Of a DNA stretch of 64,000 bases, positions 11,099 through 22,928 are shown in pieces (positions within the stretch are counted from its first letter, which is position 1; every line of letters starts with the position of its first letter). The notes under the pieces are model-generated. The model worked only from the letters and a program-made list of their open reading frames with translations, did no database searches and was not told the DNA's origin. The stretch covers positions 5,206 to 69,205 of the forward strand of contig CAVOMX010000006.1 of assembly GCA_963697165.1 (NCBI GenBank), written 5' to 3'. This DNA is from Candidatus Bathyarchaeota archaeon (GTDB lineage: Archaea > Thermoproteota > Bathyarchaeia > Bathyarchaeales > Bathyarchaeaceae). A program made the position numbers and the translations under genes.

Positions 11099-13031
11099 TT
11101 AGATTGTAAGTAGCCTGAAGGCTATTCCTCCAAGTAGAAGGGCTAGCGCGATTTCAAAAACAGTGATAAGTAATGCCTTCTTCCAGCCGAATTCTTTGAC
11201 CAATGCACCTATAGTCGCTACGCAGGGTATGTATAGCATTACCACTAGAGTGAAGACAATCATTTGAGCTTCAGTCATGACCAGAGCAAAGTTTGTGGTT
11301 CCCAACAGCGTAGCAAGCATTACCAACGTCAGTTCCTTTCTTAACACACCAAATATGAGAGCTATTCCCGTAACTGCTGGCAATCCAAGCCAAGTAACCG
11401 TTACGGGGCTAAATATGCTTGCGATTGGTTCTAACACGTTTGCAATCTCTGCAATTTTGATTACGAAGCTGCCCGCAATTATTAGCGGAAACGCCATTAC
11501 TATGAATTCTTGTAGTCTGAACCAAGTTTGCTTTGCAACCGTTTTCATGTGTGGTATTCTGTAGTCGTTCATCTCCATTATCAGTTCAGTTGGTTCGCCT
11601 GGAAGGGCTTTGAATGCTATCCTTCCGAGAACGAAGATTATGATTAGGTTTATGATGTAAAGCGCGAGCGCCCATTGGATCCCTACAAATGCCCCTACTA
11701 GTCCAAGGATGACGACTGATGTTGCAGCGCATGGTACGAGTGTAACAACAAATGCGGTTAAGAGTCTTTCACGGGTGGTCTCCATTATTCTGCATCCTAG
11801 ACACCCTGGAACATTGCAGCCGAAGCTGAGCATAACCGGAATGAATGCTTTTCCATGCAAACCCATTTTGTGCATTAAATTATCCATCAGAAAGGCAATT
11901 CGGCTCAGATACCCTGAATCTTCAAAGAGATACAACATGAAATAGAACGGAAGAATGTAAGGCAATGCAACTGTGACTCCGCCAATGATGCCTTCTATTG
12001 CTCCTCCCCAGACTAGTTCTCCAACGATTCCTGTTCCAAGAACACTGTCAAAAGCTTGGTTTCAAACCAAAAAAGAAGTCGCCTAAAAGAGCAGATGTGA
12101 AGTCCCCGAAACTGAATATTGCAACAAAAACGGATAGGATCGTCGTTAACATTATCGGATAACCGAAAACTCTGTGTGTTGTCGCAGTGTGCAGTTTTTC
12201 TCTCATGGGCATCTTCAGCGGCTTTGTTATCTCCTGAATTTCTTTCGAAATTCTGCTTGCCACTTCGTATATCTCAGACGTAACAACAGTTGGGCAGGAG
12301 TGACCATGAATCTGTTCAAGTTCTGCCCTAAGCTTTTCGGCAACTGCCACAATTTTTGGATTTGCTTCAAGAACCTCTTTTTCAACTTCTTTGTCTTCGT
12401 CTAGAAGTTTTATTGCAACCCATCTGGCGGGGTACCTCAACTGAGTTTTGTTAAGAAGTTTAACAAGTTTTTCAATTCTTTCTTCGATTTCTTTTCCGTA
12501 TCGTGGCTTCAGAGGGTCTATTTTTCTTTTTTTCTCGATAACTTCGATTGCTGTTTCCAGCATCTCATAGACGCCCTTTCCGCTGACTGCAACTGTTGGA
12601 ACAACTGGTACCCCTAGAATCTTCTCTGCCTTAGCATAATCAATAATAATGCCCTTTTTCTTTGCCATGTCAATCTGGTTTAAGGCTACTATAAGGGGGG
12701 TTTCCAGTTCCAGAAGCTGCAAAGTGAAGAACAGGTTTCTTTCAAGAAGCGAAGCGTCTACAACATTTATCACTAAATCGGGCTTTTCGGTTGCGATGTA
12801 CTCCCGTGAAATTAGCTCCTCCATGGAAAATGTTGACAACGAGTAGATTCCAGGCAAATCAACAAAGTCTATTGTGTAGCCTTTGAAATGTAGAGTTCCC
12901 TCAGCTTTTTCAACTGTTTTTCCGGGCCAGTTTCCGATATGCTGATGAAGGCCTGTTAATTGATTGAATATGACTGATTTTCCTACGTTTGCGTTTCCTG
13001 CCAAGGCAATTGTAAAATGGTTGTCGCTCAT
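11099..13031 (-). CDS. feoB: Ferrous iron transporter FeoB (frameshift near 12045)
   Basis: GNANVGKS, GNWPGKTVE and DLPG GTPase motifs; membrane part has FGCNVP and LYIPC. Confidence 0.93.
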
Positions 13032-13324
13032 CTTTCTGCATCCACAAGTATTCTGCTAGCCATTCCTCTGCCTATGGCTAACCTTGAACCCCTAACGCAA
13101 ACTTCTAGTGGTCCATTGAAAGGCGCTGACTTTACAACAGTTACTTCTGTGCCAGGGGTTAGACCCAAATCTGTAAGTCTTTTGACGCAGCGAGAGGTCG
13201 TAAAATGCTTTTTCCAACCTTTTCCTGCTCTATGTCCACACATCGGTTGTCCTTCTGAATTGAGGTCTGTGGATGTTATGACTCCAGTTTCGCCGTTCCT
13301 CAACGCTGTTAGTGGCAGCTCCAT
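13028..13324 (-). CDS. feoA: FeoA
   Basis: RLTDLGLTPG..APFNGP motif, adjacent to feoB. Confidence 0.9.
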   Translation of the reverse strand: MELPLTALRNGETGVITSTDLNSEGQPMCGHRAGKGWKKHFTTSRCVKRLTDLGLTPGTEVTVVKSAPFNGPLEVCVRGSRLAIGRGMASRILVDAER

Positions 13325-13402
13325 TAGTTTCTCACTTCTCCTTCACTTTTCTTAACATAGATGATCGATGCTACATCATGGTCGATTGTGCAGATTTTGT
13401 TC

Positions 13403-14023
13403 CTAACTCCGAATTGTAACAGAACCTCTAGGAACTATGTTTTCGATTTGCACTCTTTCTCCGGGTTTGAGTTTTAATTTGGTAAGTTGTTGTAGGGTCT
13501 CAGTTTTTTCTTCAGTTATCTTAACAATAACTCCACTAGTTTTGGCGTCAAGTTCAGTGAGAGCTACTGTTTCGTCTTCAAGGATTCCTCCACAACCTGT
13601 CGGTATCGGGTTTCCATGAGGGCATCTTTTTGGGTGCCCTAACGCTTTCTCTAGTGGCTTGAGTATTTCTGGTGAAATGGCATGTTCTAGTTTGCAGGCT
13701 GGGTCGTGGACCTCGCTCCAGTCTAGATGTAAAAAATCTGTTAATAGTCGTTCTGCGAGTCGGTGTCTCCTTAGAATGCTTGAAGCAATTTTTTGTCCAT
13801 TATCAGTTAACTTTACTCCTTTGTATGGTTCATGAATGACCAGTCCTTTTCTTTCCAAGTTTTCGATTGTGTTTGTAATCGAACCAGGAACTACTCCCAA
13901 TTCTCTGGAAAGATCCATTGTTCTGGCGAATCCTACTTTGCTTTGTAAGCGGTAGATTGCCTCTAGATATTCTTCGGCTTGGTTGGTGACTTGTTTCTCT
14001 TCGGTGTTCATGACTTTCACCAC
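13403..14023 (-). CDS. DtxR/MntR metal-dependent repressor
   Basis: EEYLEAIY, RRHRLAE, CKLEH, CPHGNPIP, FeoA-like C-terminus. Confidence 0.92.
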   Translation of the reverse strand: MVKVMNTEEKQVTNQAEEYLEAIYRLQSKVGFARTMDLSRELGVVPGSITNTIENLERKGLVIHEPYKGVKLTDNGQKIASSILRRHRLAERLLTDFLHLDWSEVHDPACKLEHAISPEILKPLEKALGHPKRCPHGNPIPTGCGGILEDETVALTELDAKTSGVIVKITEEKTETLQQLTKLKLKPGERVQIENIVPRGSVTIRS

Positions 14024-14107
14024 CTAGAAATTACGACCTCTCGTAATTTTATTTGCTGCATAATTATAGATAAACCTTACCATATACATCTACTAAAACA
14101 CCAAAAA

Positions 14108-14784
14108 CTATCTCATACGCTCTGATAAATGCACATGAAGACCTGCCGAAATAAGTAAAGAATAGTTTTTGTTACTTTTCTTTGCTTCTACTTTGAAATG
14201 TTTTTGGAAAACTTGATAGATTTCTTCTGGATTTTCCAGTATAAAGATGCCGTCCATGGCAGCCAGCTTTTTGACATGTTCAACATCTTCTTTTCTTACA
14301 CGTATTTTCATTTCGCTCCCGTCGGGAAGCTGCGTAACGGTTACTCCTTCTTTGTAGTCACAGGGCATTATATAGACTGGAACAAAGGCTTTCAGAGCCA
14401 TTATCGCAGAGTTACAGTTAGTAAAGTGTCCGATATTCCATTTGCGAGTTTTGCAACTGTATTAGATGTAGCCGGAGCAATCAACAAAAATTCGATTTTT
14501 CCACTCTGAAGCTGAACCGCAAGGGTTGGTATATTAGAGTTAATTTCAACCCGACTTTTGTCAAATTCTTCCTGCAGCTCTTTAAAAAGATGATAATATT
14601 TTATAACCAAGTCTCCTGCCTTGGAAAGGTAAACTGTAATTCTGAAGTCATCTTGGTGTTGGTTTTTTATTTGCTTCATGACATCAAATACTTCAAGAAG
14701 ACGGTCTCCACTTCCTGTGATTCCCCAAGCAACTCTCTTCTTCTTTTGTTGCTTTTTTTCTCTTTCCACGTTTCCAGCAGCCAT
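14108..14784 (-). CDS. afpA: Archaeoflavoprotein AfpA (frameshift near 14410)
   Basis: VAWGITGSGD, APATSNTVAK; the second ORF continues PVYIMPCD..RVRKEDVE. Confidence 0.8.
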
Positions 14785-14791
14785 TTTTCTA

Positions 14792-15394
14792 TCACTTTAA
14801 CTCTTGCTTTTTTATCTCAATTCTATTCATCGCATCAGCGAATCTTTTGAGGGTTTTTTTTAAACTTCTAAAACCTTCCATGTCCTCTTTTACGCCTTCT
14901 AGTGAATCTTTTGACCAGAAGTTTGCTCCCAAGTTTGCTCCAAAAGCACCACCACTTATAGGTATCATCCCATTTAGGACGTAAAATGTATGGATTTGCT
15001 GGATTGCCAGTTCCTGTCCTCCAATTCTGTCTCCTCCAACAGTTATTGCTGCACCTATTTTGTATTTCAAGACATTGATGTCCGTAGCTAAAAGTGCTCT
15101 ACATCTATCTAAAATTGCTTTTGTTTGGGCGCTCATTCCCCCATTGTAGACAGGAGTGGCAAAAATTATCCCATCGGCGTCTTTTAATAGACTGTAAACG
15201 GTGTTCATATCATCCTGTATTATGCATTCTTTATGTTTCAAGCAATGGTCACAGTGTGTGCAGAATCCGATTTTTTTGTTTCTAACTGTGAAAAACTCAG
15301 TTTTGAAGCCCATCGTTTCCAGTGTGTTCAGGGCTTCTTTTAGAACATGTTCTGTTGCACCTTTTCTAGGGCTTCCGCATATGCCAACAATCAT
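14792..15394 (-). CDS. Iron-sulfur flavoprotein (multimeric flavodoxin family)
   Basis: GSPRKG, CTHCDHC..C and ATPVY motifs. Confidence 0.9.
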   Translation of the reverse strand: MIVGICGSPRKGATEHVLKEALNTLETMGFKTEFFTVRNKKIGFCTHCDHCLKHKECIIQDDMNTVYSLLKDADGIIFATPVYNGGMSAQTKAILDRCRALLATDINVLKYKIGAAITVGGDRIGGQELAIQQIHTFYVLNGMIPISGGAFGANLGANFWSKDSLEGVKEDMEGFRSLKKTLKRFADAMNRIEIKKQELK

Positions 15395-15618
15395 TGAGGT
15401 TCATCAGTTTAATATTCACTAAACTCAATAAATGTTACTAAGAAGTGGTAAATTGCATTTTAAACATAATGTAGATTTTTCCCTCTTTCTATCTTCCCTT
15501 GTGTAGGCTTCCTTTTGTAGTGCAAAGAATATATAAGAATGCAAAATAAGCCTTTACTATTTTTATAATGCATTCTGAATCGTTGAATTTAGACCACATA
15601 GACAGACGTGAATTTTTT

Positions 15619-15652
15619 TGGTAAAATTTTAATCCCAATCCCAAACCCAAAC
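15619..15652. repeat. Degenerate GGGTTAAA-W-TTTAACCC palindrome with CCCAAA tail
   Basis: TGGTAAAATTTTAATCCCAATCCCAAACCCAAAC. Confidence 0.55.
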
Positions 15653-15879
15653 TCGAGGGTCCCAAAGTATCTGATGAGCTCGTGTTTCCCATGAATTTGT
15701 TACTTTTGGTCATCTGTTATGTGAAATAGGTTACATTTTTAGTCACTAGTTATTATTTTGCAAAGATTATGGTTTTTTCATAATGAATAGTATCATTTTG
15801 TGTAACCAAATACGCGTAATTAGGCGAGATTAGAAAAATTTATTTAAAGCGATCAAAATATATATTATATCTGAATTTA

Positions 15880-16713
15880 TTGGAGGTTTTGAAAATAAAT
15901 AAAATCAAAGCAACAACTTTCTGTATGATGATGGTGTGTAGTCTATTTTTGGCATCAATAACTGGAATAGTATTGGCTCAGAAAGCAGGATACACATTAG
16001 AACATTATAGGATGGAAACCATACCAACTATCGATGGAACCTGGACTACCTCTTTTGAATGGGCAGATGCAAATGAAAAACAGCTAGACGGCGAGATTGA
16101 AGCTATTTTCAGATCTAAATATGATTTTGAACTTATTACCAGTGCCATAATAAATCATTATTTCCTTATCGAGGTTTTCGGTGATACAACCGACGATTCA
16201 GGCGATTATTTACAAATATGTATTGCTGCAGCGAATCAGGTTGGTGGCGTTCCAACTGGAGGCACTACTCCTCAGTCAGATTGTACAAGATTTGATTATG
16301 TAGGACACAGTAATAGTGGTTTTGCGTTTTACAGAGGTGATGGCTCAGCATGGGTCGAAAGTTCAGCTTACAGTTGGGGACCTGACGTGCAAATAGTTGA
16401 TTCCTTTGGCACGTCTCCTCTATCTAATACTCCTCACTTGATTATCGAGGTTAAGATAGCACGGGAGGCCTTTAGTATAAATCCTGAATTTTGGATTAGA
16501 GTAGCAACATACGATCAAAGCAATTCTGCTGAGGGAGTCCAAGCCTGGCCAGAAGGTTCTAGAGATAATCCGAACGATTGGGGATTAGTAGATACGGTCA
16601 ATGAGACTATTCCAGAATTTCCAGCATGGATTATATTACCAATGTTCGTAATGGCAACTTTAGTAATCATAATCGGTAGAAAAAGACTGACAAAAAGTGG
16701 AACACTGACTTAG
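15880..16713 (+). CDS. Secreted protein with PEF-CTERM sorting signal
   Basis: Signal peptide; C-terminal IPEFP + TM + RKR. Confidence 0.8.
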   Translation: MEVLKINKIKATTFCMMMVCSLFLASITGIVLAQKAGYTLEHYRMETIPTIDGTWTTSFEWADANEKQLDGEIEAIFRSKYDFELITSAIINHYFLIEVFGDTTDDSGDYLQICIAAANQVGGVPTGGTTPQSDCTRFDYVGHSNSGFAFYRGDGSAWVESSAYSWGPDVQIVDSFGTSPLSNTPHLIIEVKIAREAFSINPEFWIRVATYDQSNSAEGVQAWPEGSRDNPNDWGLVDTVNETIPEFPAWIILPMFVMATLVIIIGRKRLTKSGTLT

Positions 16714-16744
16714 ATTTATGGCAACGGCTATTCATTCCCTGATT

Positions 16745-16820
16745 GTGATATCACCCGCGGTTCTTCCGCAAAACTTCCCCTTTTTTTAAGGGCTAAAATT
16801 GAACCCCAAACCCAAACCCA
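16745..16820 (+). repeat. Composite repeat: GTGATATCAC palindrome, CGCAA, C/T tract, then the GGGTTAAA palindrome with tail
   Basis: GTGATATCACCC..CGCAAAACTTCCCCTTTTTTTAAGGGCTAAAATTGAACCCCAAACCCAAACCC. Confidence 0.7.
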
Positions 16821-16920
16821 ATTACGGTTCCATACATTAACTTAGGGTCGTTAACAGAAATAAGTTTTAGTTATCCTTGAAATAGAAACTCATAAGATTC
16901 AGTGACTGGAAGTTTAGGTA

Positions 16921-17812
16921 GTGTTGAATGTAAGAAGGCTCTACTTAGTCGTCATCATGTTGCTGATTATATTTCCATCTTGTGTGGTTCTTGCTTCTTT
17001 CAAGACAGGAGCACAGAACAGAATACTCCATAGATTTTAGAGGATACACGTGGAACCATTCAACAATAAGCGTCAGCATACTTCCACAAGAGAATGAGAC
17101 ATGGTGGGAACCGTCCTATCTCAATGCTACGCTTCACGCAATAGCCCAGTGGAACGATGCAATCCAAGAATTCACATCTAATCACGCCAACTTTTCGTAC
17201 CTTTCAAATCTCCATCTTGTTCCAACAATATCTTCTGAAGAAGTTTCTGACTTCGACATTTACGTCCAGTGGAACTGCGAGTGCGAAAGCGACGCATTGA
17301 TAGGACAATCTCACGCGACAGTTCAATCGTCATGTATCATCACCAATAGCAGGGTTAGCCTAACGGCAAAAGCCCCAAGCGGTCACGTTATGACAGAAGT
17401 CGATATGCAAAACATTGTTGTCCACGAAATAGGGCACACACTTGGGTTATCTCACTCCAACCATTTTAACGATGTCATGTACGCCTCTGTTGACTATCGA
17501 GAAACTGTTAAACCGGTTTCCTCGCTTGATATCTATGCTCTCTCCCAAATTTTCGAGTGGATGACCAATTCTACACAGTTCAGTTCTACAATTAAGTGCC
17601 CTCAAGAATCGGTATTAACTTTGCCGCCAAGCATCAGTTACGTTCACTTCAAGATAAATGCTGAAAATCTTCCAGTCTCTTCTCCTCAGAACCTAATTGA
17701 AGATGTCCTCGGATTATTTTCACGTCCAGAAAGCTTTGCATTTATCATATTTATAGTGACCCTGATTGCCGCTACGGCGATAATCCTAAAGAAACGAAAG
17801 AAGCCAGAATAA
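16921..17812 (+). CDS. Membrane-anchored matrixin-family (M10) zinc metalloprotease (probable frameshift near 17000)
   Basis: HEIGHTLGLSH + Met-turn DVMY; C-terminal TM + KKRKK; signal peptide lies in an upstream frame. Confidence 0.85.
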
Positions 17813-17841
17813 TTTTCGGGATCACTTAACACGCGGTTTTT

Positions 17842-17860
17842 GGGGTTAAATTTTAACCCC
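17842..17860. repeat. Palindrome site (perfect arms)
   Basis: GGGGTTAAA T TTTAACCCC. Confidence 0.85.
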
Positions 17861-18099
17861 CCCAAACCCAAGGCTAACGCTTGATAATGAAAAATGAAAT
17901 AGCGTCAGCATATGATAGAAAGCAGTGATCTGTTCAGGAATATTACACTAACCTGATTTAATGCAGATTCCCACTAACGAATTGTTGCGCGCGCCGCGCG
18001 TGTACAGCAACAGAAATGTTTATTATGTATTACGACGTAATATTTAGATTGGGGAAGTTTAAGTTAAGGTGTTACTTAAAGCCCTGATCTGATGTATAA

Positions 18100-18519
18100 A
18101 TGAACTGGTTAATAATTACGTTGGACATCATGTTTGCTTTGGTTGCCGCGGTTTTAGGCATTCTAGGTCATGGAACTTTCAAATCTATTAAACATCTTGA
18201 CGTAGGAAAGTCTTTTTGGATCCCCATTTTTGTATCAGGTATTCTTTTCGTATTTGGGTCAGTTGTAAGAATTTTTCACGAATTTGCAGTTGAGTACAGT
18301 TGGGTAGCAATGACTTATACCGACGAGTTAATCAGAATAAGTTGGCTTCTTGCGATCACAATTCTCTTCGGTTCCATCTATAACTACTCCAAAAAGGTAA
18401 AAATAATTATTAAAGCAACAACACCACAGGCACAAAACGAGGCGGAATTGACAGGATTAAAAAAGCAGACACACGATCTCCTAAAACAAATCGAAAAACT
18501 AAAAGCCGAACAAAAATAG
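18100..18519 (+). CDS. Hypothetical 3-TM membrane protein with coiled-coil tail
   Basis: Three hydrophobic segments, charged heptad-like C-terminus. Confidence 0.65.
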   Translation: MNWLIITLDIMFALVAAVLGILGHGTFKSIKHLDVGKSFWIPIFVSGILFVFGSVVRIFHEFAVEYSWVAMTYTDELIRISWLLAITILFGSIYNYSKKVKIIIKATTPQAQNEAELTGLKKQTHDLLKQIEKLKAEQK

Positions 18520-18834
18520 ACATTTTGACTGGATATTTTTTTCTGTCTTTTTCCGAATAGGGTTACAACCGAAGCACTTAGAAGAATAATGCCTATTGTA
18601 TTCTAAAATGCTCGTTCACAGGCAGAAAATATACTGCTTATTTCAGTCAAAGACACATCCCAAAAAGAATGCGTAGCTAATGTATTCACGTACATTCCCC
18701 ACCCGAGGTAGGTAAAAGATCAGGAAAAAAATGTGAGAAAGATGCGAACATAACATTACATCTAGTTTGTTAGAAGTCTATGTGTTTTCTTATTGTTTTT
18801 CGTTTACACTTTTCTTGAGATCTGGCTTATTGAT

Positions 18835-20253
18835 TTACCAATATTCGGTTTTCCATTTTTCGAGGCTCTCATCTAAAGTGGATGACCATCTTTTTGTCGT
18901 TTTAATGCTGGATGGAGGATTTTGCTTAAGCCATTCCCAAAAAACATTCCATTCTTGAGTAGTCATATCTATTGTTCCAGTCTGAGTTTTCCACAGCTGC
19001 AATTGACCTTCTAAAGGTTCATTCCAATCTTCCTTTTGCCATCCTGGAGGATTTTGCTTTAGCCACATCCAGAACACGATCCAATCTTCGGCAGTCATTT
19101 CATTAGATGGAGGAGGTGGAGGTGGCAAGGATTCTAAGTTTAACTCAAAGAATGCTGGTTTAGGAATTCCACGTCTTTTACATATGTTATATTTTTCATC
19201 TTGACTATTATGAACCCACACCCAACTAAAGCACCTGTTCACTCCCAGATTTTGAAATATGTGAATAGTTGACTCGTAATAAATCCTTTGCACTTCAGTC
19301 TTCCTGTTGTTGTTCCCAAATTCACTCACCCAAAATGGGTACCCAGCATTTTTTGTATCTTCTACTGCCTGAACAAAATCATCCCAAGTTGTACCTTGCC
19401 AAGTTACACTAGATCCAAAATCTTGTGGATCCGCAAATGTGTTTATGCTCATAAAATCCAGCGATTGCATGACACGATCAAAATCAACAAAGGTGCTATA
19501 GTCACTACCAGTACGAGTGTGCCATGGACTATAGGGCAATGTAAATTTGATGGTGATAGGTCGATTATCACGGAGGCGAATAACATCACTTCCTTGCTCT
19601 ATGAGAACATGAAACTCTTCTCTTTCGATCGCGAGCTGACTAGAACTATAGCTCCCAGAATGCATCGGTTCATTAAGCAAGGACCAACTATTAATGGCTG
19701 AACTGTACCTGAATTCATCAACCAAATATCCAATCATCTCCAAAAAGTATCCTTTAGTCGTTTCATCGCGCACAATAGCTATGTAACGTTGATTACCCGT
19801 CTGAGGATCTATACTCCAACTGGGAACTCCCGTAATGGTGTCCATCCAATATTGAAAGAAGCTCATACAGACACCAATCTCATATTGTTCTGCCTTTGCA
19901 AGTACACGTTTAACATTGTTTATGTTTAACTCGTTGTATATAGGCGGATTAACACCAGTCTGAAATGCTGACCAAATAAGATTTATAATAATAGAATCCA
20001 CATTGTTTTCTTTGAACAATTGAAAATCTTGCTCTATTTCACCATCTGAAATTGAATAAGACCAATCATATGGCCCCTCATAGTTTACACCAGTTGACAT
20101 ATCAGGCGTTTCTTGAGAGTACACAGAAGGAAAAGAAAACATTCCAATCATCAGTGCAAACAGAATCAAGGTTTTAATCCAGTTATGCACATCAATACGC
20201 TTTACTGATCTTACTTTTTCAAGGAAATAAATATTGGAAGATACATTCTTCAA
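18835..20253 (-). CDS. Secreted clan GH-A (GH5-like) glycoside hydrolase with Trp-rich C-terminal repeats
   Basis: WSLLNEP acid/base and WVSEFG nucleophile motifs; signal peptide; poly-Pro linker. Confidence 0.8.
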   Translation of the reverse strand: MKNVSSNIYFLEKVRSVKRIDVHNWIKTLILFALMIGMFSFPSVYSQETPDMSTGVNYEGPYDWSYSISDGEIEQDFQLFKENNVDSIIINLIWSAFQTGVNPPIYNELNINNVKRVLAKAEQYEIGVCMSFFQYWMDTITGVPSWSIDPQTGNQRYIAIVRDETTKGYFLEMIGYLVDEFRYSSAINSWSLLNEPMHSGSYSSSQLAIEREEFHVLIEQGSDVIRLRDNRPITIKFTLPYSPWHTRTGSDYSTFVDFDRVMQSLDFMSINTFADPQDFGSSVTWQGTTWDDFVQAVEDTKNAGYPFWVSEFGNNNRKTEVQRIYYESTIHIFQNLGVNRCFSWVWVHNSQDEKYNICKRRGIPKPAFFELNLESLPPPPPPSNEMTAEDWIVFWMWLKQNPPGWQKEDWNEPLEGQLQLWKTQTGTIDMTTQEWNVFWEWLKQNPPSSIKTTKRWSSTLDESLEKWKTEYW

Positions 20254-20365
20254 ATGACCATTTCCTTTTCATTTTATTCTAGTTAGTGTACATATTCGGT
20301 TTTGCATATTAGAGTTACTCAGTTCCAATGTTTGGGATAAGGTTTGGGAGTGTTTGGGGTTTGGG

Positions 20366-20382
20366 GTGTTAAAATTTAACCC
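20366..20382. repeat. Palindrome site with left GGGTTT tail
   Basis: TTTGGGGTTTGGGGTGTTAAAATTTAACCC. Confidence 0.75.
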
Positions 20383-20469
20383 TCAAAATCAAACGTATTG
20401 ATGTGTACGTCTACAAATTTTCTCAAGTTCTTGCATCTGTTTCGTGTTTGTATAACTTCTTTTTTAAGG

Positions 20470-21301
20470 TCACTGTTTTAGTTTCTTTCTGTAGGTAATA
20501 ACTCCCAAAGTTGCTGTCACAAATAATGGAAGAATTATCCATGAGGGAAACTCTGGAATAATTGGTGCTTCTGTTTGAATCAGCAATGCATAGTCTGTAA
20601 TTTCATATGCGAGGGAGCGCATTTCATTTTCTAATTCGGGTATGGCATCAACTGTGTTTAATGTGAATGAAGTGGTCTGACCAGCCTGTAAAGAATCTGG
20701 AGTCAAATAATCAGAGAAGCCTGTTGCGATTACTGATCCTGTAGAATTGTAGAACGTGCCTACAACCCAGAGTTTGCCTGCGGCTTGATTTCCTGTGTTC
20801 TGTACGCGTCCCGTGATTGTATATATTCCATTTGAATCGATGTGTGGAGAATCGTTTATGATTTCTAAGTCGGGATACTGATAATTATCAGTCTCATTAC
20901 TGATGATAACTTCGAACTCAACATTGTTCAGGTTACCTGAAATCCAATTGAAATCTTCTGAAATGCTAGTGTCAGTGAAAAAATACATGACAAAAGGCAC
21001 TTTCTGTTGTGGAAGAATTTCACTAGAATATGGTACCGAGGTGCTCCATGCCTGATCTTCACCATCAGTTGAATTCAAAAATCCACGCAGAGCTATATAT
21101 TCAATATTATTGGGACCTACGTTTTTGTACTTCACCGACAACAATAAAACTGTTGATTGAGGAAATGTACCAACTATAGTCTAGAACTTCAACGTTTTCT
21201 GATTGACTGATTACACTTGGAACTAAATTTACAAACAAAGAAATCATAACAACAAACATAAGAGAAATAACTACAGTTCTTTTCAACAGTTTTAACTCCA
21301 T
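20470..21301 (-). CDS. Secreted FxLYD-like domain protein with PEF-CTERM (frameshift near 21125)
   Basis: Two GEVQN/GRVQN Ig-like repeats; IPEFP + TM; ORFs 21107-21301 and 20470-21144 join. Confidence 0.75.
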
Positions 21302-22073
21302 TCTTTAAACTCTCCAACATTTTGTGACTTAAAAATTTTGTTCAGAATTTTGTTAAAATATTAATTTGTTAAAAAAACTAATTTTATCCCCCAAATATCG
21401 TGGCTACTTATGCAACGATTCGCTACTTACCATATTCGACTATGAACATATGGGAGATATGTTATTCTATACGAGATGTTTTATGAGCGGAATTAATTTG
21501 TATCCCATTTTTATAGAAACAAGTTACATTTCAGGTGACTAATTATTATAATAAACTAAACATGTTGCTAAAGCATGTTGAAGGTAACATATAAAGTGAC
21601 TAACGTCCCAAAACATCCTAATATCTAACCCATATTTTTTACCTAACAATGTGCTACTGTTATCTATAGAGCAAATGAACTGATCCTGTAGATGTTATGA
21701 CCGCATGGAAAAGCAGTCTTTGTTATATATGTAACAAAAAAATTGAAATTATCAAAAATAGGTGATGTGTAGATTTGATGGAGTGCCCCATTAGGTGCAG
21801 TCACCATATGTTCCCTAATCACTTCAACTTTTGTCCATATTGTGGATCTAAATTGGATAATGTTTACGACAAGAAAGAGTATAAAAGTCAATAATAATGA
21901 AAACTAACGAATAACTGAATGAATATACGGGTCCACAAAAGACTAAATGTATTATTCCCTGATTTTTAGGGACCCTTTAGGTCAGTTATCGCGAAAATGG
22001 TTGTTGCTAGGTTTTTGTTTCCCTAACTACTAGGGACAACACCTAAAAGCAAGAGATAACCGACTTAGCCTTT

Positions 22074-22928
22074 ATGGAAAAGAAACAAGTTGCACTTTTA
22101 GCCGTAATTTTCGGCATCGCTATTTTTGGAATAAAACTAGTAGCCTATTCTATTTCCAATTCTGTAGCTCTGCTTTCTGATGCTCTAGAATCCATTGTTA
22201 ACATAGCCGCTTCAGGACTAATGCTGTTCTCCGTTTGTGTTTCAGGAAGAGCCCCAGACAGTAGCCACAAGTATGGTCACGAAAAAGTCGAAGACCTGTC
22301 CAGCCTTGTGGAGGGCATCTTCATAATCCTTGCTGCTATTCTCATTATAAATGCCGCCGCGGGACGCTTATTTGAATCCGTTGAATTGTTCAAACTCGAT
22401 CTGGCCATTGGAATCTCAATGTTCGCTACGGCCCTGAATGCTGGGCTTTCTTGGTTATTAATCAAAACTGCTAAGAGCTGCGACTCAGCGGCTCTTGAGG
22501 GCGACGCGAAACACCTATTCTCTGACGTAATCTCAACTGTGGGTGTATGGATAGGTCTATTTGTTGCCCAATTAACGGGTTGGGCCTTCTTGGATTCCTT
22601 CTTGGCATTTGTGGTTGCAGCCTTGGTTATGAGAGTGGGTGTGGGGCTTATTTTGAAGTCTTCAAATCGTTTAATGGATCAATCATGCATAGATGAAGAG
22701 AAGAAGATATTGGAAGTAATTGGTAGGCATTCATTCCATTTTATTGACTGTCATAATTTGAGAACCCGCCGACATGGGAATCAAGTTTTTGCTGAGTTAC
22801 ATCTTTCAGTTGATGGATCATTGAGTGTTAAAGATGCTCATGATCTTACGGATCATTTAGAGGATGAACTAAATGAAGAGCAGCCAAACGTGCACATGAC
22901 AATTCATGTTGAGCCACCCAAAAAGTAG
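22074..22928 (+). CDS. Cation diffusion facilitator transporter
   Basis: SVALLSDALES, HKYGHEK, HLFSD and IHVEP motifs. Confidence 0.93.
   Translation: MEKKQVALLAVIFGIAIFGIKLVAYSISNSVALLSDALESIVNIAASGLMLFSVCVSGRAPDSSHKYGHEKVEDLSSLVEGIFIILAAILIINAAAGRLFESVELFKLDLAIGISMFATALNAGLSWLLIKTAKSCDSAALEGDAKHLFSDVISTVGVWIGLFVAQLTGWAFLDSFLAFVVAALVMRVGVGLILKSSNRLMDQSCIDEEKKILEVIGRHSFHFIDCHNLRTRRHGNQVFAELHLSVDGSLSVKDAHDLTDHLEDELNEEQPNVHMTIHVEPPKK

Noticed and set aside
20341-20366. GGGTTT runs as telomeric repeats
   Set aside because: Only 2-4 imperfect units, internal to the sequence and attached to the palindrome; treated as part of that motif
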